A DNA stretch of 64,000 nucleotides from Thermoplasmata archaeon (GCA_021816725.1 JAKAXD010000005.1:4889-68888); one strand, 5' to 3'. Shown: positions 22,369 through 32,756, counted from the first letter of the stretch. Made by a program: numbers and translations. The notes: generated by a model from the letters alone, not told the origin.

Positions 22369-23652
22369 ATGGCACTCAACTCTTCCATGAATGATGCATT
22401 ATGGATAAGGCAAAAGGCCGTAGAACACACAGCTCTTTTTAGAAATTCAATCCCCTTGATTGCAAGTGAAAATTTGATGAGCCCCCTGACAAAGGAGATG
22501 GTGATTTCCGATTTTAACAACAGGTATGCTGAGGGTCTCCCAGGGCACAGGTACTACCAGGGGAACAAGATTGTAGATGAGATGGAGACAAGAGTTGAGG
22601 ATCTAGTAAAGAAGCTTTTCAGGTCTAAGCAGGCGGATGTAAGGCCCATATCAGGAACGAATGCAAACCAGGCACTTGTCTTTGCCTTTCTTAACCCCGG
22701 TGAAACTATATTGACTCCAAGCTTGGATTCTGGAGCTCACATTTCCTCAGCCCAATTTGGTGCCGTAGGGATGAGGGGTTGCAATATCCAGAATATGGCG
22801 TTCGACACAGAGAACATGAGAGTTGACGTAGATGGAACCAGGAAGGCAATACTTGCTGAGAGACCGAAGGTGGTTCTTTTCGGATTTTCCGTATTCCTCT
22901 TCCCTGCTCCTATCAAGGAACTCAAGGAAACGATAGACGAAGTAGGCAGCACTATATGGTATGACGGAGCGCATGTTCTGGGACTTATTGCAGGGGGTAA
23001 ATTCCAGGATCCTCTGAGGGAAGGGGCTGACGTGATCTCCGGAAGCACGCACAAGACGTTCCCGGGACCACAGCACGGCGTGATAATAGGCAACACTGAT
23101 GACGAGAAGTGGAAGAAGGTGAGACGCGGCGTATTCCCAGGTGTTATCTCAAATCACCACATAGGAGCCATGGCAGGCCTTGGGGTAACTGCCGCAGAAA
23201 TGATAGATTATGGTGAGTCATACGCATCTGCAATCATAGAAAATGCGAAGACGCTTGGAGGGGAGCTCTATTCCAGAGGATTCAACGTCTTGGCGGAGAA
23301 AAACGGATTCACGGAGAGTCACACCCTCCTGATAGACGTGAAGAAGCAGGGTGGGGGGAAACACGTTGCAGAAGAGTTAGAAAAGAACCTAATAATACTC
23401 AACAAGAACATGATCCCTGGTGATTCCAACACAAAGGCCCAGGACCCGTCTGGGATAAGGATAGGGACACAGGAAGCAACCAGAATAGGTATGGGTAAGA
23501 GCGAGATGTCCCACATTGCTGATCTTATGGATCGGGCTCTGAAAGGGAGCAATGTGAAGGATGAAGTGACAGAACTGAAGAAGGGATTCCAGGAAGTAAG
23601 ATATTGCTACGGAAAGGAAAGAGGTTACGATTTCATCGAACTGTACAGGTAA
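22369..23652 (+). CDS. glyA: serine hydroxymethyltransferase
   Basis: PLP-lysine motif GSTHKTFPGPQHG. 427 aa. Confidence 0.9.
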   Translation: MALNSSMNDALWIRQKAVEHTALFRNSIPLIASENLMSPLTKEMVISDFNNRYAEGLPGHRYYQGNKIVDEMETRVEDLVKKLFRSKQADVRPISGTNANQALVFAFLNPGETILTPSLDSGAHISSAQFGAVGMRGCNIQNMAFDTENMRVDVDGTRKAILAERPKVVLFGFSVFLFPAPIKELKETIDEVGSTIWYDGAHVLGLIAGGKFQDPLREGADVISGSTHKTFPGPQHGVIIGNTDDEKWKKVRRGVFPGVISNHHIGAMAGLGVTAAEMIDYGESYASAIIENAKTLGGELYSRGFNVLAEKNGFTESHTLLIDVKKQGGGKHVAEELEKNLIILNKNMIPGDSNTKAQDPSGIRIGTQEATRIGMGKSEMSHIADLMDRALKGSNVKDEVTELKKGFQEVRYCYGKERGYDFIELYR

Positions 23653-23741
23653 ACAAAACAGAGGTCCGAAACTGTCAGAATTCCAGTTAAAAAGGAAGCA
23701 AGTTAAGATAAATTAAATTAGCAATCCGTACTTGCCATACA

Positions 23742-24278
23742 ATGACTACTCTAATCGATTCCTTGGAGTACATGATGAATAATTTTGAAAATCTAAGGGG
23801 ACTCGACGAAAAGACAGTAGCAGATATATCCCGCCAGATCCTGAATTCCAGGAATGTATTCGTATACGGTGTTGGAAGGTCCGGGATAGTCGGAAGGATG
23901 TTCGCAATGAGGCTTGTACAGATGGGACTTCAGGCCTACTTTGTTGGAGAGACCATTGCACCGGTAGTCACAGGAAATGATTCCGTAATTCTATTGTCAG
24001 GTACAGGGGAAACTCAAGGGGCGCTTCTTGTTGCACAGATCTGTCGGCGCGTAAATGCAAAGATCATATCCATTACATCATCTACAGAAAACTCCATCTA
24101 CAAGGCCAGCGACTTCAGGATCGTCCTGAAGACGAACAAGTCTTCTGATCTAGCACCTCTTGGTACATTATTTGAAAGCTCCTGCCACATCCTTTTAGAC
24201 ATGATTGTCGCACTTTTGATGAAAATGAAGAGGGAAACGGAGGAAGACCTGAGAAAGAGGCATGCAATCTGGCTATAG
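23742..24278 (+). CDS. hxlB: SIS-domain 6-phospho-3-hexuloisomerase-like protein
   Basis: SIS motif VYGVGRSGIVGRMFAMRLVQMGLQAYFVGE. About 180 aa, typical of PHI. Confidence 0.7.
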   Translation: MTTLIDSLEYMMNNFENLRGLDEKTVADISRQILNSRNVFVYGVGRSGIVGRMFAMRLVQMGLQAYFVGETIAPVVTGNDSVILLSGTGETQGALLVAQICRRVNAKIISITSSTENSIYKASDFRIVLKTNKSSDLAPLGTLFESSCHILLDMIVALLMKMKRETEEDLRKRHAIWL

Positions 24279-24311
24279 CAACAGTGAAATAGCGCTACTA
24301 TCTGCAGAATC

Positions 24312-25319
24312 ATGCTAAAAGACCTGTCCAGGCTGGAATCTGTCGTTCAGGAAGTCATTACGCTCGATGAACTTAGGTCTCTAGATACCGCTAAGGGATA
24401 CTGCGGATTCGAACCATCAGGTCCCTTGCACATCGGGACGGGGTTGTACTGGACGAACGTATTCAATATTGCAGTAGACGCAGGCATTGATATGAAAATA
24501 CTACTGGCAGACTGGCATGCGGCGGTCAACGACAAGTTTGATGGAGACCTTGAAAAAATCAGGAGGAATGCAGAATACATGAAGGAGGGGTTCATCTCCC
24601 TCGGTCTCAGTCAGAAGGTCAAGTTTGTATATGCATCTGACCTGGTATCCAGCCCAGATTACTGGTCCCTTCTCCTAAGGGTCGCAAAGTCGCTTACAAT
24701 ATCCAGGATTAAGAGGGCACTTCCAATAATGGGAAGGAGTGAAGAGGATGCAGATAAGGATTCCTCAAAACTCATCTATCCAATGATGCAGGCTACAGAT
24801 ATCTTCTACATGGACCTGGATGTAGCTTTTGGAGGCATGGACCAGCGACATGTCCACATGCTCGCAAGGGACATCCACAAGAAGGTGGGGAAGAAGGGTT
24901 TCGTTGCCATTCATGGCCCACTGATTTCATCTCTAAAGGGGGGAAATAGAATGGATCCACTGAACAAGATGAGCAAGAGCAAGGGAGACTCAGCCATTTT
25001 CATCCACGACGCGCCAGAGGATATCTCTAGGAAGATAAGGTCCGCATTCTGCCCGGAGAGGACAGTAGAAGGGAATCCAATACTTCAAATTTTCAGGAAC
25101 GTCATATTCAATTTCTACAACGATGGAAGAATTCAGATAGGCAATAAGGAAGCATATGGAAGTTATAAGGATCTAGAGCATGACTTTATCGAAGGGAGGA
25201 TACATCCATCCGACCTGAAGGAATCCCTTTCATCAAAAATCACCGAAATACTTGAGCCATCTAAGAAGTATTTTCAGGCTGACGAGAGGAGAAGAGAATT
25301 AATGGAGGAATTCAAATGA
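24312..25319 (+). CDS. tyrS: tyrosyl-tRNA synthetase (archaeal type)
   Basis: GFEPSGPLHIGTG (HIGH region) and KMSKSKG (KMSKS loop). 335 aa. Confidence 0.85.
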   Translation: MLKDLSRLESVVQEVITLDELRSLDTAKGYCGFEPSGPLHIGTGLYWTNVFNIAVDAGIDMKILLADWHAAVNDKFDGDLEKIRRNAEYMKEGFISLGLSQKVKFVYASDLVSSPDYWSLLLRVAKSLTISRIKRALPIMGRSEEDADKDSSKLIYPMMQATDIFYMDLDVAFGGMDQRHVHMLARDIHKKVGKKGFVAIHGPLISSLKGGNRMDPLNKMSKSKGDSAIFIHDAPEDISRKIRSAFCPERTVEGNPILQIFRNVIFNFYNDGRIQIGNKEAYGSYKDLEHDFIEGRIHPSDLKESLSSKITEILEPSKKYFQADERRRELMEEFK

Positions 25320-26227
25320 AGCCAGTTGAGGACATCAGGACAAGGAAAGGAATGAAAGTATCAGAACTAGTTGATATGTTCAAGAATTCCGGCGGTTTCA
25401 CAGCCCCGAAACTGGGGGCAGCAGTGGAATTGATCAAGGAGATGAGGCGAAAGAAAGTTGAAACATTCCTAAGCTTCACTGCAGACATTGTATCAACTGG
25501 AACCAGGGGTGCCATAGTAGACCTGATCAATTCTGGAGCAATTAATCACATCATAACTACAGCCGGAACGGTGGATCATGACCTAGCGAGAAGCTACAAG
25601 AACTACTATCGTGGCGATTTCATGTTGAACGACGGGCAGTTGCTCAAGGAAAAGAAGTATAGGCTAGGGAACGTGGTGATTCCCCAAGATCATTACGGCA
25701 AGGTGGTAGAGGGGAAGATGATGCCTTTTCTTGAAAGGGAGTACCAGAAGAAAAAGAAATGGGCTATAAGCGATCTCTTGCACGATCTTGGAAGGGAGAT
25801 GAAGAAGAATTCCATAATCAATTCTGCGTATGAAAAGGGAGTAGACATCTTCGTCCCAGGATACACGGATGGATCATTTGGATCACAGTTGTGGGCATTC
25901 TGGGAAATGAACAGGGATTTTGCGATTGATTCACTAGAAGATGAGCACAGGCTGAGTGAAATTATGTTCAATTCATCCAAGGGAAAGATGGGAGCCATCA
26001 TAATAGGAGGCGGCATATCGAAGCATCACGTCATTTGGTGGAACCAGTTCAGAGGTGGTCTTGATTATGCGGTATACATTACAACAGCACAGGAGTTCGA
26101 TGGGAGCCTTTCAGGAGCTCAGCCTAGGGAAGCAGTATCATGGGGGAAAATTAAGCCTAGAGCCAAACAGGTACTGATTGAGGGTGAAGCTACAGTTATA
26201 CTTCCGATGATAGTTGCCTCCATATGA
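25316..26227 (+). CDS. dys: deoxyhypusine synthase
   Basis: IIGGGISKHHV motif. 303 aa. ATGA overlap with tyrS and GGAGG upstream. Confidence 0.85.
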   Translation: MKPVEDIRTRKGMKVSELVDMFKNSGGFTAPKLGAAVELIKEMRRKKVETFLSFTADIVSTGTRGAIVDLINSGAINHIITTAGTVDHDLARSYKNYYRGDFMLNDGQLLKEKKYRLGNVVIPQDHYGKVVEGKMMPFLEREYQKKKKWAISDLLHDLGREMKKNSIINSAYEKGVDIFVPGYTDGSFGSQLWAFWEMNRDFAIDSLEDEHRLSEIMFNSSKGKMGAIIIGGGISKHHVIWWNQFRGGLDYAVYITTAQEFDGSLSGAQPREAVSWGKIKPRAKQVLIEGEATVILPMIVASI

Positions 26228-26230
26228 TAT

Positions 26231-26971
26231 TTACACGAATTTATAACTGAGGGAAACCGAGTCAAGCATCTTCTTCAGCGAATTCTTCTGAAGAGAGTCG
26301 AACGACTTGTTCTCTATCAGGAACCCTTGTGCCCCCAAAGTCTTGTTATACATTTCCAGGAGAGCCTCAGGTGTCAGGGCAGCAAACCGATACTTTGAAG
26401 CTATATGCCCGATGGCAATTTTTTCACCCAAGGCTATCTTTGTGAATTTACTTGAATAGTGCAACCCTCCAATCCCGCAGTATACCTCGGCATCCTCGTC
26501 AAATGATTCATATATAGATCTTGCAACAAGATATCCTACATCTCTATCGCCGTACTCTACGTCGCTCGACCCGATTTCAACAAAAACAATAGGATTCTCA
26601 GAAAAGGGACCGTGGTGCGTTGCCTCATATGTTATCTGGTAGTCTAGATCTTTCGCGTACTTTGTTATGTTCAACAGTACCCCTCTTGCGTACCTGGCAT
26701 CATAAGGAGCCATCTTGTTCTTCTCACCGCCAAGGTCGTTAGTATCGAAATTCCCGGCTGCATGTACCGTGAGACTCCTGACATTCTTCATGCTCTTGTG
26801 CTGGCTAGGTATTATTATTAGTTCACCCTTTGCAGCATTCACCTCCCTTTCAGGGTAATCGTGATATACAGGATGATCTCCAAGCTCAGCTACCTCAACT
26901 GAGAAATTTTTCTCAAGAAAGTAACTGATATTTCTGCCAGCAACATCATCGCTGCCATAAACTACTTTCAT
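26231..26971 (-). CDS. dtdA: D-aminoacyl-tRNA deacylase, archaeal DtdA type
   Basis: Begins MKVVYGSDDVAGRNISYFL and is about 246 aa, resembling the archaeal DtdA family. I trimmed the ORF-track start (27055) to ATG 26971 because the extra 28 codons overlap the divergent promoter region. Confidence 0.6.
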   Translation of the reverse strand: MKVVYGSDDVAGRNISYFLEKNFSVEVAELGDHPVYHDYPEREVNAAKGELIIIPSQHKSMKNVRSLTVHAAGNFDTNDLGGEKNKMAPYDARYARGVLLNITKYAKDLDYQITYEATHHGPFSENPIVFVEIGSSDVEYGDRDVGYLVARSIYESFDEDAEVYCGIGGLHYSSKFTKIALGEKIAIGHIASKYRFAALTPEALLEMYNKTLGAQGFLIENKSFDSLQKNSLKKMLDSVSLSYKFV

Positions 26972-27083
26972 CGATCTTGATTGATGAATGAAATTAAATG
27001 CTTTTCCAAGAGTGCTACGGCAAATAAGCATCCTTCCGATAATTGGACGCTGCAAGAACTTAAATAAAGAAAAACACTACAAA

Positions 27084-27743
27084 ATGATAATAATGGGCTT
27101 CCAAAAGGTCCCTTCAAGAGTTGTAAGTTGGGAAGAGATTGAAAGGTGGGCTGAAATAATCGTTGAAGAAATTGGTGATTTTAAATTCGATTGCGTGATA
27201 TCCGTGATTAGAGGGGGCCTAGTCCCTGCGAGGATAGTTGCAGACTATCTGAGCATTAAGGATATATTCACTCTTAAAACAGAACATTGGGGTATCACAG
27301 CCACGCCTGATGGAAAGGCCACAGTAACTTACCCGATCGTGAAGGACCTCGATGGAAGGTCTGTCCTTGTTGTGGACGACATAACAGATACCGGCCAGTC
27401 ATTGAAACTTGCGATAGAAGCCACGAAACAGAAGAATGCCAGTGTTGTAAAGAGTGCTACATTTCTCCATATAAAGAGATCTGAAATTACCCCAGATTAC
27501 TACGCGGAAGAGGTCACTGAAGAGAACTGGAAGTGGTTCATTTTCCCATGGAATAGAAGAGAGGATATCAGGAATCTGATTTTAAATTGTACCGAAGGAA
27601 CTTCGACAAAAGACGATATAATGACATGCCTACAAATGAAGAATGACCTCTTCATATCAAAAAGAGAATTTGATGAGACTGTTTCGTGGCTAGAACAGCA
27701 CGGCAGGATAAAGGGCGAAAAGGGGAAGATATCAAAGATCTAA
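27084..27743 (+). CDS. purine phosphoribosyltransferase-family protein
   Basis: PRPP-binding motif VLVVDDITDTGQSL. Start trimmed from 26988 to ATG 27084 (MIIMGFQKVP...). Has a C-terminal extension of about 60 aa. Confidence 0.7.
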   Translation: MIIMGFQKVPSRVVSWEEIERWAEIIVEEIGDFKFDCVISVIRGGLVPARIVADYLSIKDIFTLKTEHWGITATPDGKATVTYPIVKDLDGRSVLVVDDITDTGQSLKLAIEATKQKNASVVKSATFLHIKRSEITPDYYAEEVTEENWKWFIFPWNRREDIRNLILNCTEGTSTKDDIMTCLQMKNDLFISKREFDETVSWLEQHGRIKGEKGKISKI

Positions 27744-28669
27744 GCGGTGATTATAGTTCCTGCGGTTCCCCTGAGGGCAGGCATCATGTTCTCAGCGTTG
27801 GTTATTATGGCCTTCCTTCCGGTTCTTTCAACAAAATTTAAGGCCGCATCTATCTTTGGAAGCATGCTTCCTGAGGCGAAATGACCTTCCGACCTCAGCT
27901 TCTTAATTTCATCAGCTTCAATCGTCCCCAGTTTTTGCTTGTTGGGTTTATTGAAATTTATGTAAGCAGCGTCTACAGCGGTCAGAATTATAAATAGGTC
28001 CGCGTTCAGCTTAACTGCCAAGAGGGCTGATGCCAGATCCTTGTCAATGACAGCCTCAATTCCAGAATACCCACCATCTGACTTGATAACAGGGATACCT
28101 CCACCTCCAACTGCGATTGGTACAAACCTTTCGTTCATCAGGTACTTTATCTGCTCGAATTCCACAATATCAACAGGAATGGGCGAAGGAACAACTCTTC
28201 TGTACCCACGACCTGCATCTTCCTTCATCACGAATCCGTTGTTAGATTCAAGTACTCTTGCTTCATCCCTAGTATAGTACTTCCCTACAGGCTTGGTTGG
28301 GTTTTTGAAAGCAGGGTCATCCTTCTCGACCACAGTTCTCGTGATTAGTGTAGCAACTTTCTTATTTATCCCAAATTCGTTGAAAACCTTCTGGAAAGAT
28401 GTCTGAAGGAAATACCCAATGTTTCCCTGAGACATTGCACCGCAAACGTCTAGTGGCATGGCAGGGCTAACGGAGCTTGAAAACTCGTTCTGAAGAAGAA
28501 TTGCTCCAACTTGAGGTCCATTGCCGTGAGTCAGAACAACTTCATTTTCCCTGAAGAACTCAGATGTCTTCCTGGCTGTCAGTTCTGCCCTGTAAATCTG
28601 TTCTTCTGCAGTTCCCCTGTCGTATTTTTCCAACAACGCGTTGCCGCCTACAGCTAGAGTTGCTCTCAT
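27740..28669 (-). CDS. arcC: carbamate kinase
   Basis: N-terminal LAVGGNALL, THGNGPQVG, C-terminal GTAGTIIT. 309 aa. Confidence 0.85.
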   Translation of the reverse strand: MRATLAVGGNALLEKYDRGTAEEQIYRAELTARKTSEFFRENEVVLTHGNGPQVGAILLQNEFSSSVSPAMPLDVCGAMSQGNIGYFLQTSFQKVFNEFGINKKVATLITRTVVEKDDPAFKNPTKPVGKYYTRDEARVLESNNGFVMKEDAGRGYRRVVPSPIPVDIVEFEQIKYLMNERFVPIAVGGGGIPVIKSDGGYSGIEAVIDKDLASALLAVKLNADLFIILTAVDAAYINFNKPNKQKLGTIEADEIKKLRSEGHFASGSMLPKIDAALNFVERTGRKAIITNAENMMPALRGTAGTIITA

Positions 28670-28852
28670 TGATTCACCAAGAGAAGACTTAAGTCCTTAC
28701 GTCCTAATGAAAATTACCCATATTGGTTCCATTAGGCACGGGTTGAGTCGACCTATGGGAGGTTAGTGTAAATCTTTTGCATCGCGGCAGTTTGTTCACC
28801 GAGCTATACAATTTCTAAATAGTAGGTACTCGATATTCTCAGGCTGGTAAAC

Positions 28853-29554
28853 GTGAAAACTTTTGTTCTTGTGCCTGGTGCGTGGTTGGGTGCGTGGGTT
28901 TGGAATAAGGTTACTCCCTTGCTGGAAAGAGACGGCAATATCGTATTTCCAGTAACACTCACTGGAATGGGAGAGAGGGTGCATCTCTATTCTAACGAGT
29001 TTGGAATTGAGACGGCAGTAAGAGACGTATTGAACGTGATAAAGTTCAACCAATTGAGAGATGTCATCCTAGTGGGTCATAGTTTCGCATCAAAGGTCGT
29101 AGCATCTGTAGCAGACAGGATACCTGAAAGGATAGAGATGATAATATATCTAGATACCTTCAGGCCGGAAAAAGTGAGGACTCCACAGTTGAGGTTTACC
29201 CCTGATGAATTTGGTGAGCTGGGACGATGGCAGACTACGGTCCCCTTCACGGACGACGTTCTGAAGACGATAGGTGCTGATGTTTCTGGTGCTGACAAGG
29301 AATGGATGCATTCTCTTGCTACTCCTTGGCCCCTAAGATACGCTACTGACCCGATAGTACTGTCTGAGAAATTTGACGCTATTAAGAGCGCTCATATATT
29401 TTGCATAAGGAGCGGGGGCGATGTGAACGAGATAATTGCTGGGAAATGGGGAAAAATAGAGGGGGACTACAAGATAATAGATTCGGGGCATTTTCCCATG
29501 GTGACAAAACCTGATGAAACTGCAAAAGCTTTACTGGAACTATCACGGGGATGA
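28853..29554 (+). CDS. alpha/beta-fold hydrolase (esterase-like)
   Basis: FVLVPGAWLGAWVW N-terminus and nucleophile elbow GHSFA. 233 aa. Confidence 0.65.
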   Translation: MKTFVLVPGAWLGAWVWNKVTPLLERDGNIVFPVTLTGMGERVHLYSNEFGIETAVRDVLNVIKFNQLRDVILVGHSFASKVVASVADRIPERIEMIIYLDTFRPEKVRTPQLRFTPDEFGELGRWQTTVPFTDDVLKTIGADVSGADKEWMHSLATPWPLRYATDPIVLSEKFDAIKSAHIFCIRSGGDVNEIIAGKWGKIEGDYKIIDSGHFPMVTKPDETAKALLELSRG

Positions 29555-29603
29555 TTTCATTTCAATATGAAGGAGCATAATTCCCTGACATCATCTTATC
29601 AAA

Positions 29604-30230
29604 TCATTTCAGGATCTTCCCTGTCATTAGATACCAGACGACCAGGTCCATTATTCCTGGTTCTAGATGGTGTCTTGCCGAAATCTCCAGGAATAATTTC
29701 TCCTCTCTCTCGTAGTCCTTTCTGTTCCTAACCTTAACGTCCCTTCCAAAGTAATTTGACAGGAATCTCTGGATATGCTTGTCCAGGATTGGATATTGAA
29801 AGTAACCTGTATTCCTCAAAAAGTGGGAGGCTTCCTTCATCCCGATCCCCATGTAATTCTCGACGAGAAGGCTCCTCCTGTCCTTTGACCTCAGTATTCC
29901 TGGCAGTAGTCCCTTCTTTTGGTAATTCTCTGCGATAAATCGTGATCTTGTGTTAGGGAACCTGTAATGGCACCTGATGAGGCTCCTTCTAAGACTCTCC
30001 TCGTCGTACGTTTGTGTCCTGTCCAGGTATTCCTGGCATTTAAGCCCCATCTCCGCTGAAGTGTTTGCAGTAAGAGTACAGAATACAAGTTCTGAAAATT
30101 TATCATCCAAGCTAGCCATTCTCTTGGCCGAAAACTCCCGCTTCCTTTCTATGATAATTCCAAATATTGACCTATCGGAGATGACGGATTTGATTTCACC
30201 GTCCAGGGACTCTAGCATCGACATTGCCAT
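29604..30230 (-). CDS. ogg: N-glycosylase/DNA lyase (archaeal Ogg-type, HhH-GPD)
   Basis: About 208 aa. GIGMKEASHFLRNTGYFQYPILDKHI matches the HhH plus catalytic K/D region of Ogg2-type enzymes. Confidence 0.6.
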   Translation of the reverse strand: MAMSMLESLDGEIKSVISDRSIFGIIIERKREFSAKRMASLDDKFSELVFCTLTANTSAEMGLKCQEYLDRTQTYDEESLRRSLIRCHYRFPNTRSRFIAENYQKKGLLPGILRSKDRRSLLVENYMGIGMKEASHFLRNTGYFQYPILDKHIQRFLSNYFGRDVKVRNRKDYEREEKLFLEISARHHLEPGIMDLVVWYLMTGKILK

Positions 30231-30381
30231 GCTTTCGACAATCTATATTTTACGTTTCTTTGTCATATTTTCAATGTGCGTGTTCCAATTAAAAACACAT
30301 GGCCTGAGAGATGCGATTTAATATGCGTTGTACACAATTATATTTATATTTAATAGTTATACATTACTCCGGTGAATATTA

Positions 30382-30597
30382 ATGGGCGATCTTACGCCAC
30401 CCGCTCAGAAAGTTTATGATTCCCTAAAGCGACTAGGCTCTACTACAGAAGACAAGCTGAAGACTGCTGACGATATAATGAAGGCCAGTTCAATGGGCAA
30501 GGGACTGGTTACAAATGCACTCCAAGAGCTTCAGAATAAAGGATATGTAAAGAGAGTAGTTAGGCAGAAGAGTGCGGGGTACTTCGTAGTCAAATGA
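30382..30597 (+). CDS. small winged-helix DNA-binding protein
   Basis: 71 aa. Recognition-helix-plus-wing pattern GLVTNALQELQNKGYVKRV...GYFVV. ATGA overlap with the next gene. Confidence 0.5.
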   Translation: MGDLTPPAQKVYDSLKRLGSTTEDKLKTADDIMKASSMGKGLVTNALQELQNKGYVKRVVRQKSAGYFVVK

Positions 30598-31766
30598 GCA
30601 AAACTCTAGTCCTTTGCGTAGACAGGGACAATGATTTTGGTGAGAAAGCAGGTGTAAACTCTCCTATAATCGGAAGAGAGAAGAACCTGGAAGCTGCAAA
30701 CGCATTAATGCTCAAGGATGCGGAGGACTCAGACGCCAACGCTCTTTTCTCCGCGATATCCACGTTTGACGCACTCAGGAATTCGGGAGAAGAAATAGAA
30801 ATTGCAACTATTTGTGGTAACAATAACGTCGGGACAGTATCAGATGAGGTTCTGGGCAGGCAAATAGACGAGGTTGTCCTGAAGGTGAAACCCGATGACG
30901 TGATCGTGGTTTCTGATGGCGCAGAGGATGAGTTCATTCTTCCCCTAATACAGAGCAGGATAAAGGTCAGGGCCATAAAGAGAGTAACGGTCAGGCAGGC
31001 TCCACGCATTGAGTCGATGTATTATATTGTGGTGAAGGCACTTAAGGAGGAGAAATTCTTAAAGAAGGTGCTGGTACCTATTGGTGTAGCATTTCTTGTA
31101 CTCGGAGTAACGATATTGTTCGTGCTTGTCCTCAGGGTCTATCTCTACGGCCTGGGAAGCCTTGACCCTTCCACTACTGGATTCATGACGGTAGTGTCAG
31201 CAATTGGAATTTATTTTCTGGGGAAAGCATATTCTGCAGGCAAGAGGATTTCAGATGGATTTTCAAAGCTAGTGGAGGAATTCGTGAATACAAGGGTAAC
31301 TGTATTCTCGCTGTTGATAGCAGTCGCAACATTCGCATATGGAATATACAGTGGCCTGGAAGTAGCCTTTCATACCGGTGACGTCGTTTTAGCCTTGATC
31401 TACCTGATTTACAGATTGGTACCTTTCACCATAGCAGCAATTCTTATATTTGACGTCGGTAGAATAGTAGAAGGGTTCATGATTTTCGAGAAGGGGAAGA
31501 GAGGAGAGATGATAAAATCATACCTGCTCTCTGCATCATTCTACATAAGCTTCTTTGCTGCCGTGCTTGGCTTGTTGTCGTTTGTGAATGTTGCTTACCA
31601 GACCGGTGTTGCAAGAATGGACTATCTAGCACTTGCAATTGTGTTGACTGCACTGGGCGTCAGTCTGGGTGTAATCATTTCTATCTTCAGAAGGAAATAT
31701 GGAAGAGAACTCCAGGAACCAAAGTCGGAACTTGATGCTTCACAGAAGGATAGTCGCATCGTTTAG
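30594..31766 (+). CDS. DUF373-family membrane protein
   Basis: Soluble N-terminal domain LVLCVDRDNDFGEKAGV... followed by about 6 TM helices. Matches the archaeal DUF373 pattern as I remember it. Confidence 0.6.
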   Translation: MSKTLVLCVDRDNDFGEKAGVNSPIIGREKNLEAANALMLKDAEDSDANALFSAISTFDALRNSGEEIEIATICGNNNVGTVSDEVLGRQIDEVVLKVKPDDVIVVSDGAEDEFILPLIQSRIKVRAIKRVTVRQAPRIESMYYIVVKALKEEKFLKKVLVPIGVAFLVLGVTILFVLVLRVYLYGLGSLDPSTTGFMTVVSAIGIYFLGKAYSAGKRISDGFSKLVEEFVNTRVTVFSLLIAVATFAYGIYSGLEVAFHTGDVVLALIYLIYRLVPFTIAAILIFDVGRIVEGFMIFEKGKRGEMIKSYLLSASFYISFFAAVLGLLSFVNVAYQTGVARMDYLALAIVLTALGVSLGVIISIFRRKYGRELQEPKSELDASQKDSRIV

Positions 31767-32322
31767 ATTTAATCCCTACAGGGATTTCCTTGCAGGAATC
31801 GAATTAAGCGACCTCATAAGAAGAGACGCCTGGAACTTGCTACCAAAAGAAGATACGGTGAGCGTGATCGGTCCATCTGATCCCACTGAGGACCCTGAAG
31901 GATACGTTGTAGTAGCAGATTCAGCACTTGACCACTATTCGGGCAGGGTAGACATGATAGTTTCTGATCTCGATGGCCCAATTCAAAAAATAATAGACCA
32001 GGAAGACAGTATCAAGGTAATACACGCACATGGAGACAACATACAGAAGCTTAGAGAAGTTGTTCCAAGAATTAAAGGAACCATACTGGGTACAACTCAA
32101 AGTATCCCAGTCCGTGCGGTCAAGAATATAGGGGGTTTCACGGATGGTGACCGCAGCGTCATAATGGCATCGCTGCTTGGTGCTAAAAGAATATTCATTT
32201 ATGGTTTTGACTATTCAAATCCGGTTGACGGACCGAGAGACGTGAAATTTATGAAATTGCAGTTCGCGAAGGGAATAATAGATAACGTAAAAAGCGCAGA
32301 AGTTGTATACGTGCGAAGATGA
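31699..32322 (+). CDS. mptE: 6-hydroxymethyl-7,8-dihydropterin pyrophosphokinase, MptE-like (DUF115)
   Basis: VSDLDG...HAHGDN motif pair. The alternative start at ATG 31735 reduces the overlap with DUF373 from 68 to 32 nt. Confidence 0.6.
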   Translation: MEENSRNQSRNLMLHRRIVASFRFNPYRDFLAGIELSDLIRRDAWNLLPKEDTVSVIGPSDPTEDPEGYVVVADSALDHYSGRVDMIVSDLDGPIQKIIDQEDSIKVIHAHGDNIQKLREVVPRIKGTILGTTQSIPVRAVKNIGGFTDGDRSVIMASLLGAKRIFIYGFDYSNPVDGPRDVKFMKLQFAKGIIDNVKSAEVVYVRR

Positions 32323-32756
32323 TAATAGCAGATAGCATGCTTGGAAAATTATCAAGGTATCTGAGAATGATAGGATACGAGGTCGAATATATGGATAGCG
32401 ACAAGGATGATTCTTATATCGCCGGACTATCGGGAGATAACTTGATATTGACAAGAGACAAGCAGCTTCATGATAGGGCGAAGGGATCGATCCTAATAAA
32501 ATCGTTCGATCCAGTAGACCAGCTTGCGGAAATCAAGGGGAAGATGCCTGTGCCACAACACAAGTTCATGGAACTGTGCAGCATCTGCGGAAGTGTTCTT
32601 GATAAGGCCGAAAAGAATGACGGCCTTCCTGACTACGTGAACAGGGAGGCAAGAGAAATATTCCATTGCAATAAATGTGGCAAATATTACTGGGATGGAA
32701 GCCACACTGAAAACTTCAGAAAGATGCTGGGGAGAATCGGAATTGAAGTTCAATAG
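32319..32756 (+). CDS. Mut7-C (DUF82) PIN-like RNase domain protein with C-terminal zinc ribbon
   Basis: N-terminus MIIADSMLGKLSRYLRMIGYEV and C-terminal CSICGS...CNKCGKYYW. 145 aa. Confidence 0.7.
   Translation: MIIADSMLGKLSRYLRMIGYEVEYMDSDKDDSYIAGLSGDNLILTRDKQLHDRAKGSILIKSFDPVDQLAEIKGKMPVPQHKFMELCSICGSVLDKAEKNDGLPDYVNREAREIFHCNKCGKYYWDGSHTENFRKMLGRIGIEVQ

Noticed and set aside
24405-24415. GGATTCGAACC, the reverse complement of a perfect tRNA T-loop/stem consensus
   Set aside because: It lies inside the tyrS CDS (encoding ...CGFEPSG...). The flanks cannot form acceptor or T stems, so this is a coincidence.
26972-27083. N-terminal extensions of track ORFs (dtdA to 27055 and PRTase from 26988; similarly MiaB-like to 46436, folD to 56958, lon from 56934, OMT to 60109)
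   Set aside because: The extensions overlap divergent promoter regions or each other and add non-conserved residues. An internal ATG reproduces the family-typical N-terminus (MKVVYGS, MRFYLENYGC, MILDGRPI, MDELAEW, MDQRIWN).
28796-29053. 85 aa minus-strand ORF overlapping the hydrolase start
   Set aside because: It overlaps the alpha/beta-hydrolase CDS, which has the GHSFA elbow, and it has no motif.
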